Assembly (NCBI RefSeq): GCF_009914755.1
Contig: NC_060928.1
DNA from: the human T2T-CHM13v2.0 reference genome, Homo sapiens
Length of the DNA stretch: 64,000 bases
Reading direction: 5' to 3' (one strand)
Shown here one piece after another: positions 15,551 to 28,119 of this stretch. The position numbers and the translations under genes are program-made. Below the pieces are notes generated by a model. That model saw only the letters and a list, made by a program, of their open reading frames with translations, did no database searches and was not told the origin of the DNA. Positions within the stretch are counted from its first letter, which is position 1, and every line of letters begins with the position of its first letter.

Positions 15551-17816
15551 AAAGGAATCAAAACTCCAGAGACTAACCATGAACATGTCTAATAGTCTCA
15601 CTCTTAGGCACCAGCAGTCTTACTAAATTTGTTAGTGGCAGGATCAATAATGAATGGATTCACCAACAAATTCCTATGGTACATAATGTCAGTGTTGTCG
15701 GCAACAAATGTGAGACAATCCATTGTGAATACAGAGATCTGGACTTCCATTTTTGTCTGGGTATTTTTTTTTTTTTTTTTTTTTTTGCCAGTGGATGAGA
15801 AGGAACGGAGTATCTGCAACTAACATCAATATTTATTCAGAAAAGTGCTTCTTATCTTTTTAAGCACTTGGAAACACACCAAGTTCTGTTCCATTACATG
15901 GCATTCTAATGGGTAATTCTTCATGATGTAATACTTTAGCTTACATCATTAGTGTAAGATCAATTTATTTGGTTATCACACCGATTAAATAAAGGAAGTT
16001 TCCTTCTCCAGCAGTTGAAATGTTTCTGCAACTCTTATATAAAAAAGAGTTACAGGTCTTTGGCCTAAGCTGTCTATCTTCTTGAAAAGTACAGAACCAG
16101 AGAATACACTTTTCCAGCCTAAGCCATCCATTTTCTTGATAAATCCAAACCACAGAATGTGCTTTCCCTGGACTTAACACTTTGGCTATCTTTTCTGAGA
16201 ATGGAAAATTTTTCTTACTAAAACATCTGCCTCACTCCCCACATCACATTCTCTGCCATCTGACCTGCCTTTGCTATGCTCTGATAACTGCCAGAAGTCT
16301 ACAGCAATCTCATTTTAAGAGTGACCCTACCACTAACTGTGAATAAAGTTTTCTCACCTGGTTTTTGCCAGTCTTACTCTAGAACCTTTCCTTCCCTTGA
16401 CACATATTTCTTATTCCATAGGTAGTGGGATATAAAATAGGCAAAAATTTCTTCCTCAAGGAATTTTTACCCAAAATTTCCCAAAATTTACCCAAAAATT
16501 CCTCAAGGAAGGAATTCTTCCTCAAATTCATTCTCTTAGTTTATCCTCTCTTTCCATTGCTGAGTAATCATTTCTTCTACCCCCTAATACCTTTATTCTT
16601 CTTGAGTGATACCAGGAGAGGAAAGCAAAGGATGACACAGAAAATTCTGATAAAAGAAGGTGACAGCAATAAGGCTAAATAAACTGTTCAGCTAGAACCT
16701 CTCAAGCTGAAATCAGAAATTTTCTCCTGATGTATTGTATAATATCAGTGTCCTCATTTGTTATTACAGCATTAGCTACTAATTGTCTCCCATTGTCTAT
16801 TTACCTCCTTCTTCCTTTTAGCAATAGACCCATCCTCCCTTGCAGTTTTAGGAAGCCCAGCTTGATACCGCACTTCCCAAACTCCCATATGGCTAGGAGT
16901 CACCAGGTGATGACATTTTAGAAAGCAGAATGTGAGCAAAAATGATGTGCCCAACTTCCTAGTCACATTCTTTTAAAAAGCAACTGTGTGTCCTCTACTT
17001 ACTGTTGCCTCTTTCCAAAGGGCTAAAATGTGGATATACGGGGTGACTGCAAAAGAACAGCAAACCCTGAATGATGATGAAACCAGACAGAAGGAACCCG
17101 GGTCCTTTGATGACATCATGGATTCAATTTGCTCTAATTCCTTGGATTGCCTACCAGTTCAGACTTTTACTTCAGGAAGAAACTTTCCATGTCCATTTAA
17201 CCACTACTTTTTGGTCTGTATGAAAGATGTAAACCTTAAAACTGGCTTTTATATAAAAAGATTTATTTTGGGAGAAACAGAGTATGTGGGCATAGTCTAA
17301 AAAAGGCAATATGATCAGATGGAAGCCCTAAAAGATCAATTACACTCAAACATGAGAAGCATTTCTTAGGGTGAGACAGAAAGATGACTGGAGAACATAT
17401 TTGATTCAACAAACTGTTACTAGATTCCTACTTAGGCCAGACACTATGTCATATACGTGACAGGAACTAGGTAAGTAAATTGTGTGTGTGTGTGTAGTTC
17501 CCAACTTCACTGAATTTTCTGTACAGTGAGAGATTAAATTCTAGGGAATTAGCTAAGATATAATTGGTCAATAATTACTGTTCAAGTGATACCATGTGCC
17601 AGGTAATGTGCTAGGTGCTGGAAAAGATGGTCTCTCTTCTACCTTCTAAATATTTTTCTTCCTCTTGAGTGCCACTTCTTTGGTTTAGGCTCTCAGAATT
17701 TATTTCAGCTCACACCCTTCTAACTGGTTTCCTTTCCTTCAGTTTCTTCTCCCTCCAACCCACTGTCATCTGAGTAACATAAAAATCCTAAAATAAGAAT
17801 CTGATTGATACTCTGT

Positions 17817-17850
<34 letters not shown>

Positions 17851-18029
17851 CTTTACAAAATTTTTCTTACTGAAACATCTGCCTTTCTATTGCCAATAGG
17901 TTAAATTTCAAAATGTCCTTTCTAGTCTTATTCTTCATCACTTTATTATTCACCCCAGCTACACGGAACTGTTCATCATTTACCCAACATACCTTCATTT
18001 GCTCTCTTCTTCCTTTCTCAGTTCTTCAT

Positions 18030-18903
18030 CTTTGAGTCAGTTTGGACTGCGATAACAAATATCATAAACTGGGTAACAAACAACAGGAATTTTATTTCCT
18101 CACAGTTCTTAGAGTCTGAGATAAAGGTACCAACATGGCCAGTTTCTAGTAAGAGCCCTTTTACTGGATTGTAGACAGTGCCTTCTCACTAGTTCCTCTC
18201 ACATAGGGGATTTGGGAGTCCAGGGGGAAAGAGAGAGCAGAGTGAGTAGGGTGTCTGCATATTTGCTGTTTCTTCTTATAAGAGCACTAATTCCATCATG
18301 ACGGCTCCAATACCCTCACAATGTCATCTAAACCTAATTATCTTTATTTCTTAAAGGCCCCATCTCCAAATATCCTCACATTGTTGGTAGGGCTTCAACA
18401 TATAAATTTTGGGAGATTGCTAGGTAGTTTATTCTCTTTGTGAGCGAATGGAGTTCACTCATGATTTGGCTCTCTGCTTGTCTACTGTTGGTGTATAGGA
18501 ATGCTTGTGATTTTTGCACATCAATTTTATATCCTGAGAATTTGCTGAAGTTGCTTATCAGCTTAAGGAGTTTTGGGGCTGAGAATATGGGGTTTTCTAA
18601 ATATACAATTATGTCATCTGCAAACAGAGACAATTGGGATTTGAACAATGAGAACACATGGACACAGGGGGAGGGGAACATCACATACCAGGGCCTATCG
18701 AGGGGTGGGGGGCAAGAGGAGGGAGAGCATTAGGACAAATACCTAATGCATGCAGGGCTTAAAACCTAGATGACGGGTTAAAAGGTGCAGCGAACCACCA
18801 TGGCACATGTATACCTATGTAACAAACCTGCATGTTCCGTACATGTATCCCAGAACTTAAAGTTAAAAAAAAAAGGGGGGAGAATATGATTCCATCCATA
18901 GCA
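18030..18903 (-). mobile_element. MLT1A-like LTR split by an L1PA insertion
   Basis: LTR body 18030-18415 and terminal piece ...ttccatccatagca resuming at ~18880. Confidence 0.7.
18418..18874 (+). mobile_element. Short 5'-inverted L1PA (minus-strand RT fragment 18418-18635 joined to plus-strand 3'UTR and poly(A))
   Basis: Minus [18 protein letters not shown]...[15 protein letters not shown], plus-strand gaacaatgagaacacatggacacagg...cccagaacttaaagt(A)n. Confidence 0.9.
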
Positions 18904-19347
18904 GATGGCAAACTAATCCTTCAATACCCAGCTCAACTGTCTCTTAAGTATCCTCATTCTCTGAATGAAATTTAGTTGCTCTGCTATCTATGCTCTGATT
19001 AACGACATTCTGGATTAATTATTTCCATTATTAGATGGTAAATACCTACAGGGTAGAGATTATATATATTCATCTTTGTATTTTCTCAGAATTAAGTAGG
19101 ATGTTTGGCAAACATTAGCCCCAATACATATTTGCTGAATGAAACACTGGACTTTCAGAAGCAATGAAAGATATGTGCTAAAATCTTTTTTTTTTTTTAA
19201 TGCTTTTCTCTACTTGCAGGTCAGGCATTATAATAAACTCTTTCTCCCCCCCACCTCTACAATTCTAGACTCTGCATTCATAATTTCTTTCATTCTTTCC
19301 CTCCTTCTCCTCACCTCTTCCCTCCCTTTCCCTCCCTCCCTCCCTCC

Positions 19348-19638
19348 TTTTATTAGAGACAGGGTCTCCCTCTGTTGCCATGCTATAGTGCAGTGGTATG
19401 ATCCTAGCACACTGTAACCTCAAACTCCTGGGCTCAAGTGATCCTCCCACCTCAGCCTCCCTAGTAGCTGGGACTAAAGGTGTGCATCACTACACTTGGC
19501 TAATTGTTTAAACTTTTTGTAGAGATGGGGTCTTGGGATGTTTCCCAGGCAGGTCTTGAACTCCTGGCCTGAAGTCATCCTCCCACCTTGGCCTCCCAAA
19601 GTGTTGGGATTATGGGCATGAGCCACTGCCCTTGGTCC
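19348..19638 (-). mobile_element. AluJ with CT-rich tail
   Basis: J diagnostics, preceded by a (CCCT)-rich tract. Confidence 0.88.
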
Positions 19639-21039
19639 ATAGTTTGTTTCTTTATAGCATCATTGATCTCAAGTTGTCTATAACCACTAATTTCTATGGA
19701 GTTGAAATGCAGATTCTATCAACCAATGCTAGATTATTAATGTTGACTTTATAATTGCAGACACTTTTACATAAAGAGTAGGTCAACATGTTTTCACAAG
19801 AGTAATAAGTAACTTCAGATGCCCTTGTAAGAAATGCAGCAATAGGACTCACCTATTACTTTTCTCTACTGAATGCATTTCCACATCAACAGTGTTACCA
19901 ATCATTATTTTATGTTACCACAGCAGAGAAGATTTAATCTTCTTTTACATAACAATTTCTTTGCCTTAGAGGCCTTGTGATCATTCAATATTATTCCTAT
20001 TCTAAATCTGTCATGTTTAAAACCTACTGCCTGTATTAAATATCTATTATCTATTTACAGCCAAGAGAGGTTAAGTAACACAGCTGTGGTCAAAAGTTAG
20101 CTAATACTGAAGCTCTGGGATTAATCTCCAAATATTCTGAGTATGAATGCATATTCATTCAGACATGACCATGCATATGTCATAAAATTTTATAAAATTA
20201 CAGAGGCAGTTGATATGAAAAGTGTAAAATATGTGATCAAATTAATTAGATATGTTAATTATGGTACTTAAGTTAGAGTTGTAGGTCTATCAATAAATAT
20301 TCACTGAAAGTTTACTAAGTTTAAGTCACTATTTACAAGTAACGGAGGAGGGGGCACAGGAGGATAAAGCTAATAGGTAGAAAGTATAATAAATGGCAGA
20401 GTAAAGGGTTAAAAGAGAAGTACAAAGTACAACTGTGATGTCATAGAAAGAAAGAAAACCTGGCAGGCATGGCTATTGTCTTTACATATCAGGACTAAAG
20501 TGAGATTTAATTTGCTTTGTTTAAGCCTTAGAGCTAGAATGAGGACCAATGGGTAGAATTTACATGGCACAGGCTTCACTTGGTATAAGAGTTATTTGAA
20601 AATAGAATGTTGAAAACAGAATATTTTTGTGATAATATACTATAAGCTTAATCTACATGTAGTAGAGGTGTCATGGTGAGATGGTGGGGAGCAGGTGGTC
20701 TGTAGGGAACAATCCCACCCAAGACCAGTGAGTACCTGAATAAACACTATTATATGCTTGTAGTCATGGCTTAAATGCAGGAGCATAACACAATTGTACT
20801 GCCCATTTGCAAGATATATTTATCAGCAGTGTATCAAATGTATAAAAAAGTGATAGGGAGACTAGAAGGACGTTATTACCATAGTTCATATAAGAGATAA
20901 GAAAGGCTACTGTGGTAAAAATGAGCCAGCAGAGTTAGGAAAAGATGTTCTAATTACTTCAATCAATTATATGCTAATATTATCTATTACTAAAGAAGAT
21001 AAAAATGGGATTAAGTGTACATAATAGAATTATCATCTA

Positions 21040-21570
21040 TCCTATTATTTACCTTAATATATTTAAATTCCATATTAATATATTTACTGTAACATGTCTA
21101 AAACTGAATTTATCTTCCTCAAAGAACTTATCTTTTCCTCTTTCTGTAATGCCTATTTCAATTGTTAGTATGACAATTCATGCAGTAACTTTAGTTAAAA
21201 ATCTCAATATTATCTTCAACTTCTTCCCCTTATGTTCTTTATGACTCTGATATGTCTCTAGAATCTAGAATGTCTTCTCTGTCCTCTCTGTCATTGTTTT
21301 AACTAAGGTCATCATCTCCTGCTTAATTTCCTTTAACTGTTATGGCCTCCTAATTGATTTTCCTGTCTCCATTCTTTCCTAGCTTGAGTCCGATACTCAC
21401 ACTGCCATCTTCCTAATGAATAAATTAAATATAATTATATCATTCCCATGTCTTTTTAGCAGTTCCTGGCTGTCTGTAAGAGAAAGTACCAACTCCTCAG
21501 CAAGGTATAAATGCCTCTTCATAAATGTGACCTCAACTTAACCTCCCAAGCCTCATCCCTGGCTATTCTT
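21040..21570. mobile_element. L2 remnant
   Basis: aacatgtctaaaactgaa, catcatctcctgc and aaactcctcagcaagg L2-like motifs. Confidence 0.55.
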
Positions 21571-21574
21571 TCCC

Positions 21575-22330
21575 AAGAAACCTATGCAATGGCCATACAA
21601 AAAATTCCATTATCTTAATCTTTTCCTATACTATAAGCTTATTCATTTCATATGGCACTTGTCAAATATCAGTGTCTGGGAAAGGTTTGAGTGAACATTT
21701 TTAATCAATTGCTATTTAGTAAATAAACCAACAATCTTTCAGTACAATCTACAGTATTCTACTGGTAATTGATTCTCTAGAATTGAAAAAAAAATTTCCC
21801 TCAGCATCTTTCCCCCGTAGACTATTATGATGATTAATTTTGTGTCAACTTGAGTGGGCTGCGGGATGCCCAGATAGCTGGTAAGACATTATTTCTGAGA
21901 ATGTCTGTGAGGGTGTTTCCAGAAAAGGTTAGCATCTGAATCAGCACACTAAACAAAGAAGATCCACTCTCACTAACATGGGCAGGTATCATCCAATCCA
22001 ATGAGTACCAGAACAGAATAAAAAAGCAGAAGGATGAATTCCCTCCACCCACTCCTTGAGTTGAGACACCCATCTTCTCTTGCCCTTAGGCATTAGAGCT
22101 CCTGGTCTGTGAGTCTTCAGACTCAGGGACTTACACCAGTGCCCTACTCCTGGGAATTTAGGCCTTTGGCATCAGACTGGGAGTTACACCATTGGTTCCC
22201 CTGGTTCTTAAGACTTCACACTTGGGCTGAATTGTACCACCAGCCTCTGGGTCTCTAGCTTGAATATGGCATACTGTGGTGCTTCTCAGCCCCCATAATC
22301 ACACATGCCAATTCCCATAATAAATCTCAT

Positions 22331-22363
<33 letters not shown>

Positions 22364-22689
22364 ACTCCCAGAAATAATGTTTATCACTTATCCTGGCATC
22401 CCTCAACCCACTCAAGCTGGCATATAAAATTAACCATAATAGTAGTCTACAGGGAAAAGCTATTGAGGGAAAATTCTTTTCAATCACTCTAGAGAATCAA
22501 CTAGTAGTAGAATACGAATGTATTGGTTTATTTACTAATTAGAGATTGATGAAAAATGTTTGCTCACAAGCCTTTCCCAGGTACTGACACTTGACAAGTG
22601 CCATATGAAATGAATAAACTTATAGTCTAGAAAAAATAGGAAATGATTAGGACAATGAATTTTCTATATGGCTGTGGCATAGGTTTCTT
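21575..22689. repeat. Imperfect long inverted repeat, arms 21575-21900 and 22365-22689
   Basis: Collinear reverse-complement matches along the arms, e.g. attcatttcatatggcacttgtcaa / ttgacaagtgccatatgaaatgaat, tagtaaataaaccaa / ttggtttatttacta, ttgattctctaga / tctagagaatcaa. Confidence 0.92.
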
Positions 22690-22764
22690 TTATTATACAA
22701 ACACTCACACACATAAACATATATAGATGTTATTGGCTCTGATTCTCTGGGAAATCTTAATACA
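21826..22764 (+). mobile_element. MLT2-type ERVL solo LTR interrupted by an inverted duplication at its (CA)n tract
   Basis: Starts tatgatgattaattttgtgtcaacttg and ends tattggctctgattctctgggaaatcttaataca. 5-bp TSD actat/actac. Confidence 0.8.
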
Positions 22765-23133
22765 ACTACAAAACTTTATTTGCCACTTGTTCCCACTTTC
22801 AAAACACAATTTACTATTTATTTCCATTATTAAAAATAATAACTAATCATTAAAAACATTTGAAAAGCAACGGAAAGAGAAAAGCAAAAAAACACTGACG
22901 CTTTAAGACACTGGAGTAGGTGTATGTCCTTGTAATGTTTTTATTACATTGAGATATCATACACATAAACACATCTTATATACTACATTTTTATATCCTA
23001 AATTTTTCTTTTCTCCGAATTCTAAAATAAAATAAATTTTCATATTTTTTCTGATGAAAAGTGAAAAATGAAAGTAATTTTCCTCTCATTAAGTGCATAT
23101 TTTCATACAATGTACGATACAAAAAGGTATTCA

Positions 23134-23429
23134 TTTTTTTCTTTTTTGAAGACAGGGTCTTGCTCTGTTGCCTGGTCTGGAGTGCAGTGACACAATCAGG
23201 GTTTGCTGCAGCCTCAGCCTCCCAGGCTCAAGCATCCTTCTGCCTCAGGCTCCCAAGTAGCTGGGACTACAGGCACATGACACCATGCCCAGCTAATATT
23301 TTTACTTTTTGTAGAGATGGGGTCTTACTATGTTGTCCAAGCTAGCTTCAAACTCCCAGGCTCAAGCAATCCTCCTCCCTTGGCCTCCCAAAGCACTGGG
23401 ATTATAGATATGTGCCACCATGCCAGGCC
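23134..23429 (-). mobile_element. AluJ
   Basis: Full dimer with J diagnostics. Confidence 0.9.
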
Positions 23430-23509
23430 TAAGAATGTATTCTTAAAATAGGTATGGTCTCATTTGTACAACTAAAACTTATTAAAACATATGCAGTAGT
23501 ATAATTTTA

Positions 23510-23780
23510 TCATAGGAAGTATAATGTAGAGTATAACAACACAGGTTTCTTGCACTGGAATCCCAGTTCAATATTTATGATTGCTGTGACAAGTTACCTA
23601 AACTCACAAGTTACCTAAACTCTCTATGCCTCAAGTTTCTAATCTACAGGTTGAGAGTAATAATAGCACTTACCTCATAAACTTATTGTGAGACCTAGAT
23701 GAGTTAATCCATAAATGGCTTACAACAATGTCTGGTGCATATTATTAAGTGTTCAACGCACGACAGCTCTTATTATCCTT
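23510..23780 (+). mobile_element. MIR
   Basis: Core caagttacctaaactctctatgcctcaagtttct...taataatagcacttacctcata, with a 17-bp tandem duplication. Confidence 0.75.
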
Positions 23781-24416
23781 CTAAAAATCTAAAGTTTAAT
23801 GAACAAAATCCCATTAAACAAAGCGAAATATAAATTTTGTCTATTGAAAATATGTTGCACAGTGAGCATTACAAAAATAATTACATATATATTTTAGTAT
23901 CTTCTCTAGCACAGAAAAAAAGTAGAAAGAAGAAAATAAGGGATCATGAGATCCTGGCAAGAGTTTTTCTCCACAGACATTCTGTTGGTGGAATAGAAAT
24001 ATGTGAGATGGTGAATGGAACAGATCTAAATAAGCATGGGACTAACAAAGTACAATGTATGAAAGATTTTACTTAGAAAAAACAATTACAAATTGACTAT
24101 ACAATCAATAAGACTAACCGAAGGGAAATGCAGTAAAACACTTTCAAAGAAAAATACTGTGGAGCCCAGAAGAAAATAAGCCAATTGACAGAGGTAGATT
24201 TCACGAGCTCATAAAAATGAAAAAGTAAATGCTGCTGGACAAAAAGTGGTCCTTACTTTTGCTCTCAATGTTTCTAGTATGCTATGTAGAACAATTATTT
24301 TGCTTTTACTGAAAAATAACTATTGCATTTGGTATAAAACGATTCATAGGAAAAATTATTTTTTACTTCTGAATAATTAATGTATTTCTTAAGTAATAGA
24401 GGAAACTATTAATTAA

Positions 24417-24780
<364 letters not shown>

Positions 24781-25547
24781 TTTTCAATATTGTTTTTGAA
24801 AATTCCATCCTATACTGCCAAATATAAATATATCCCAAGAAATTAAAATACAGAAAATTAAATTGCAAAGAAAATATGGTTGCAGAATTCTTGCAATTTA
24901 ATTTTAGTAAATTCTTTATCTTTTTTATTAACATACCTTAAAATTGCTATGCACATATTTTCTGTCTCAGTTATGTACTCAACTAGAAATTACCTTTACT
25001 TAACTACCTGTATTTTATTGAAATACTGTGCCCATCCTGCATGGACTATTTTGCGTCACTTATTTTATGAATATCACTATTGGATATGCTCTTTTGCACC
25101 AATAGACTCTTATTCAGGTATGACACACAGAGACACAAAATGCTAAATTCTCCTTTCCTGTGACCATGGCAGAAACTACTAATCAATATTCTTGGGCAAA
25201 GTTGGTTCTCAAGATGCTCAAGCTCTGCTGTTGTCATAAAGCATTTTGGTTCTCTTCTGATACTTTTTGAAGACTCATCCATTTTTCATTCTTTCAGCAA
25301 ACATGACCATGATACCCCATATAGACCAGATATTGTGCTACAGTTGCGAAAACAAAGAATAAGAGAGGTCCTCAAGCGGCTCAACATCTCATGGTGAAAA
25401 TGAGATGCTGAGCCACCACTAACATGCTAGCTGTTAAGTATGTCCACTTAAAAGAGAACACAGGAGAAACATCTCAGGCGGACTCTGTTGGCGTGGTTGG
25501 TGGTGAGGGAATGTTGAAGAGTGGATAGAGGTATAATTAAAGGCTTT

Positions 25548-25855
25548 CTGGATGGCGTGGTGGCTTATATGAGTAGTCCCAGCACTTTGGGTGGGATTAC
25601 AGCACTTGAGGTCAAGAGCTGGAGATGTGCCTGGCCAATATGGTGAAACCCCGTCTCTACTAAAAATACAAAAATTAGCAGCTGAGTGTGGTAGTGTGGC
25701 GCCTGTAATGCCAGCTACACGGGAGGCTGAGGCATGAGAATCACTTGAACTCAGGAGGTGGAAGTTTCAGTGGGCGGAGATCGCACCACTGCACTCCAGC
25801 CAGGGTGATGAAGTGAGACTCTGTCAATCAAACAATCAATCAATCAATCAATCAA
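25548..25855 (+). mobile_element. Diverged AluS with (CAAT)n tail
   Basis: Alu dimer with TSD aaggctt. Confidence 0.85.
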
Positions 25856-26422
25856 GGCTTCCCAAGGGGGAGGAATCTGGCATTTTTGTAGGCAAAGGAA
25901 ACAGCTTATAAGATGTGAGAGAACACAGCCATTTTAGAGAAGTGTACATTGTTCAGTGTTACTGGACTATAGTTTTCAAGAGATGAAGTTGGGGAAGTAA
26001 GCAGGTAAATTGTGAAGATCATTCCAAGTCATGTTGTAAAGCTGGGAAAGCTATAAGTAACCACTGAAGAATTTTAAGCAGTATTTGTGAGAGCCTCCAA
26101 TTTAGGGAGTATCCAATTTATAAATATCTTCATATAGTTTAAAAAGAAATAGTTATTTTATGTGGTTTCCTATGGCACCAACTAGAATGTTTCTGGGATG
26201 ATCCAGAAACATGTACAAGTGATCTGCTGCTGAGATGCAGATTATATTTCTTCAAAAAAACCTGGATCAAAAATTTTGTCGTTTTACTTTTAAAACGAAT
26301 TTGAGTCAGAATCCATTATATATTATTCTCTGGTGTAGAGCATAATGGAATAACTATAATACAGCTCAATAAAAATGAAAACAAGAGGATATCATAAAAA
26401 GACGGTTTCAAAGAACATTTTG

Positions 26423-26712
26423 AGGCCAAGTGCAGTGGCTCATGCCTGTAATCCCAGCACTTTGGGAGGACAAGGAGGGAGGATGGCTTGAAGCCAGGAG
26501 TTTGAGACCAGCCTGAGCAAACATTAGGAGACCCCCATCTTCACAAAAAATAAAATTAGCTAGATGTGGTGGCATGTGCCTATAGTTCTAGCTACTCGAG
26601 AAGCTCACTTGACTCCAGGAGTTTGAGACTGTAGTAGGCTATGATCAGCCACTGCACTCCAGCCTGGTGACAATGAGATGCTGTCTTAAAATTAAAAAAA
26701 TAATAAAAAAAG
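26423..26712 (+). mobile_element. AluJ
   Basis: Dimer with J diagnostics. Confidence 0.88.
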
Positions 26713-26751
26713 AAGTTTTCTTTCAAAAAGACAGAACAAGTAGTTGAGTGA

Positions 26752-27381
26752 GTGTTATGGGTTGAGCTGTGTCCCCTCCAACACAACTCCATATGTTGGA
26801 GTCTTAAACTCCAGTACCTCAAAATGAGATTGGAGATAGGTTATTTACAGAGGTAAACAGGTTAAAATGAAGTCATTTGGATGTTCCCTAATCCAATATG
26901 ACTGGTGTCTTTATAGAAAGGGGAAAATGTGGACACAGAGACAGATATGCACACAGGGAGAACACCTTGTGAAGACCGAGGTTACACTGCTGCAATTGAA
27001 GGACCTATCAGAAGCTCGGAGAGAGGCCTGGAACAGATCCTTCTCTATCGCCTTCAGCGGGAGAATGGCCCTGCTGACTCCATGATCTCAGACTTAAAGC
27101 CTCCAGTACTGTCAGACAATAAACGTATGTTGTTTAAGCCATGCAGTTTGTGGGACAGTAATTATTCACTTAACATTGTCAACAGGTTCTTGGAAACTGT
27201 GACTTTAAGTAAAATGACACATAAGGAAAGCAATTTTTTTCCGATAACATCATAACTAAATGACATTATCTGAGAACCTATTGTAATTATTTCACTTAAA
27301 GTCCCAGTTTCCAAGAACTTATCCATGATGTTAAGTGAGGACTTACTATACTTTGTAATGGCAGCCCTAGGAAACTAATAC
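26752..27381 (+). mobile_element. MLT1B-like MaLR LTR containing a nested MITE
   Basis: tgttatgggttga start, ctaatccaatatgactggtgtc, gcagccctaggaaactaataca end. Confidence 0.82.
27156..27348. mobile_element. Palindromic MER6-family Tigger MITE
   Basis: ~60-bp inverted arms (cacttaacat...gttcttggaaactgtgactttaagt / acttaaagtcccagtttccaagaac...atgttaagtg). Confidence 0.75.
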
Positions 27382-27399
27382 AAGTAGGGTTACAGGAGA

Positions 27400-28060
27400 A
27401 GTAACTTCTAAGAATTTACATGGCAACTAAAAGCAGTAACTTACCCTAGACTGGATCCCATATTGCAGCGTAAAAATTATATAAATATTACATGTTATAT
27501 ATCACTAACAAAAGTGATATATATGGAGAGTAAATTAGACGAAAGTATTACATCAACATAAGTTTATAAAATGGATAACTGTGCTGTAGTTACATAAGAA
27601 AATATCCCTATTCTTAGGAGGTACACACTGAAATATTTAGAGGTAAAAGACCATGAAGTATGTAACTTACCTTAAGGAATTCAGTAAAAATATTGTGTGT
27701 ATATATAATTATGTGGGTGTGTGAGTATATATACATATACTACAGAGAGGGTGAAAAAAGAGGAGAGAGAGGAGGAAGGGAGGGAGAGAGAAAACTCACA
27801 TAAAAAAGAGGGAGGGAAAAAGGTTAACAATAGTGAACCTGAGAAAAGTGTATAAGAATTCTGTGGGCACGGCGGCTCACGCCTGTAATCCCAGCACTTT
27901 CAGAGGCCGAGACGGGCAAATCATAAGGTCAGGAGATCGAGATCATCCTGACTAACACGGTGAAATGCCATCTCTACTAAAAAAAAAAAAAAAAAAATTC
28001 TGTGTGCTATTTTTTTCTTTGCAAGTTTTTATAAGTTTGGAATTATTTGGAAATAAAATA
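27400..28060 (+). mobile_element. L1MC/ME 3'UTR remnant interrupted by an Alu monomer
   Basis: aactgtgctgtagttacataagaaaatatccctattcttaggaggtacacactgaaatatttagaggtaaa. Confidence 0.65.
27865..27997 (+). mobile_element. Left-arm-only Alu of AluY/Sc type with its own TSD
   Basis: gagatcgagatcatcctgactaacacggtgaaa diagnostics. Ends at the middle A-rich linker. TSD aattctgtg at 27857-27865 and 27996-28004. Confidence 0.85.
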
Positions 28061-28079
28061 CAAAAAAAGAACTTATTTT

Positions 28080-28119
28080 AGACGAGATCAGGCACTTTCA
28101 GGGTGGTACAGCAGTAGAC
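28080..28119 (-). pseudogene. 5S rRNA 5'-fragment (nt 1-40), tailless retropseudogene
   Basis: Minus strand gtctactgctgtaccaccctgaaagtgcctgatctcgtct versus 5S GTCTACGGCCATACCACCCTGAACGCGCCCGATCTCGTCT is 34/40 identical. Flanked by direct repeat aaaaaaagaacttatttt (28062-28079, 28126-28143). Confidence 0.88.

Noticed and set aside
15604-15819. 71-aa minus ORF with poly-Lys, considered as an extra LRBA exon
   Set aside because: Poly-Lys comes from a poly(T) run, there is no similarity to the expected next BEACH segment (ALESEFVS...), and splice sites are unconvincing.
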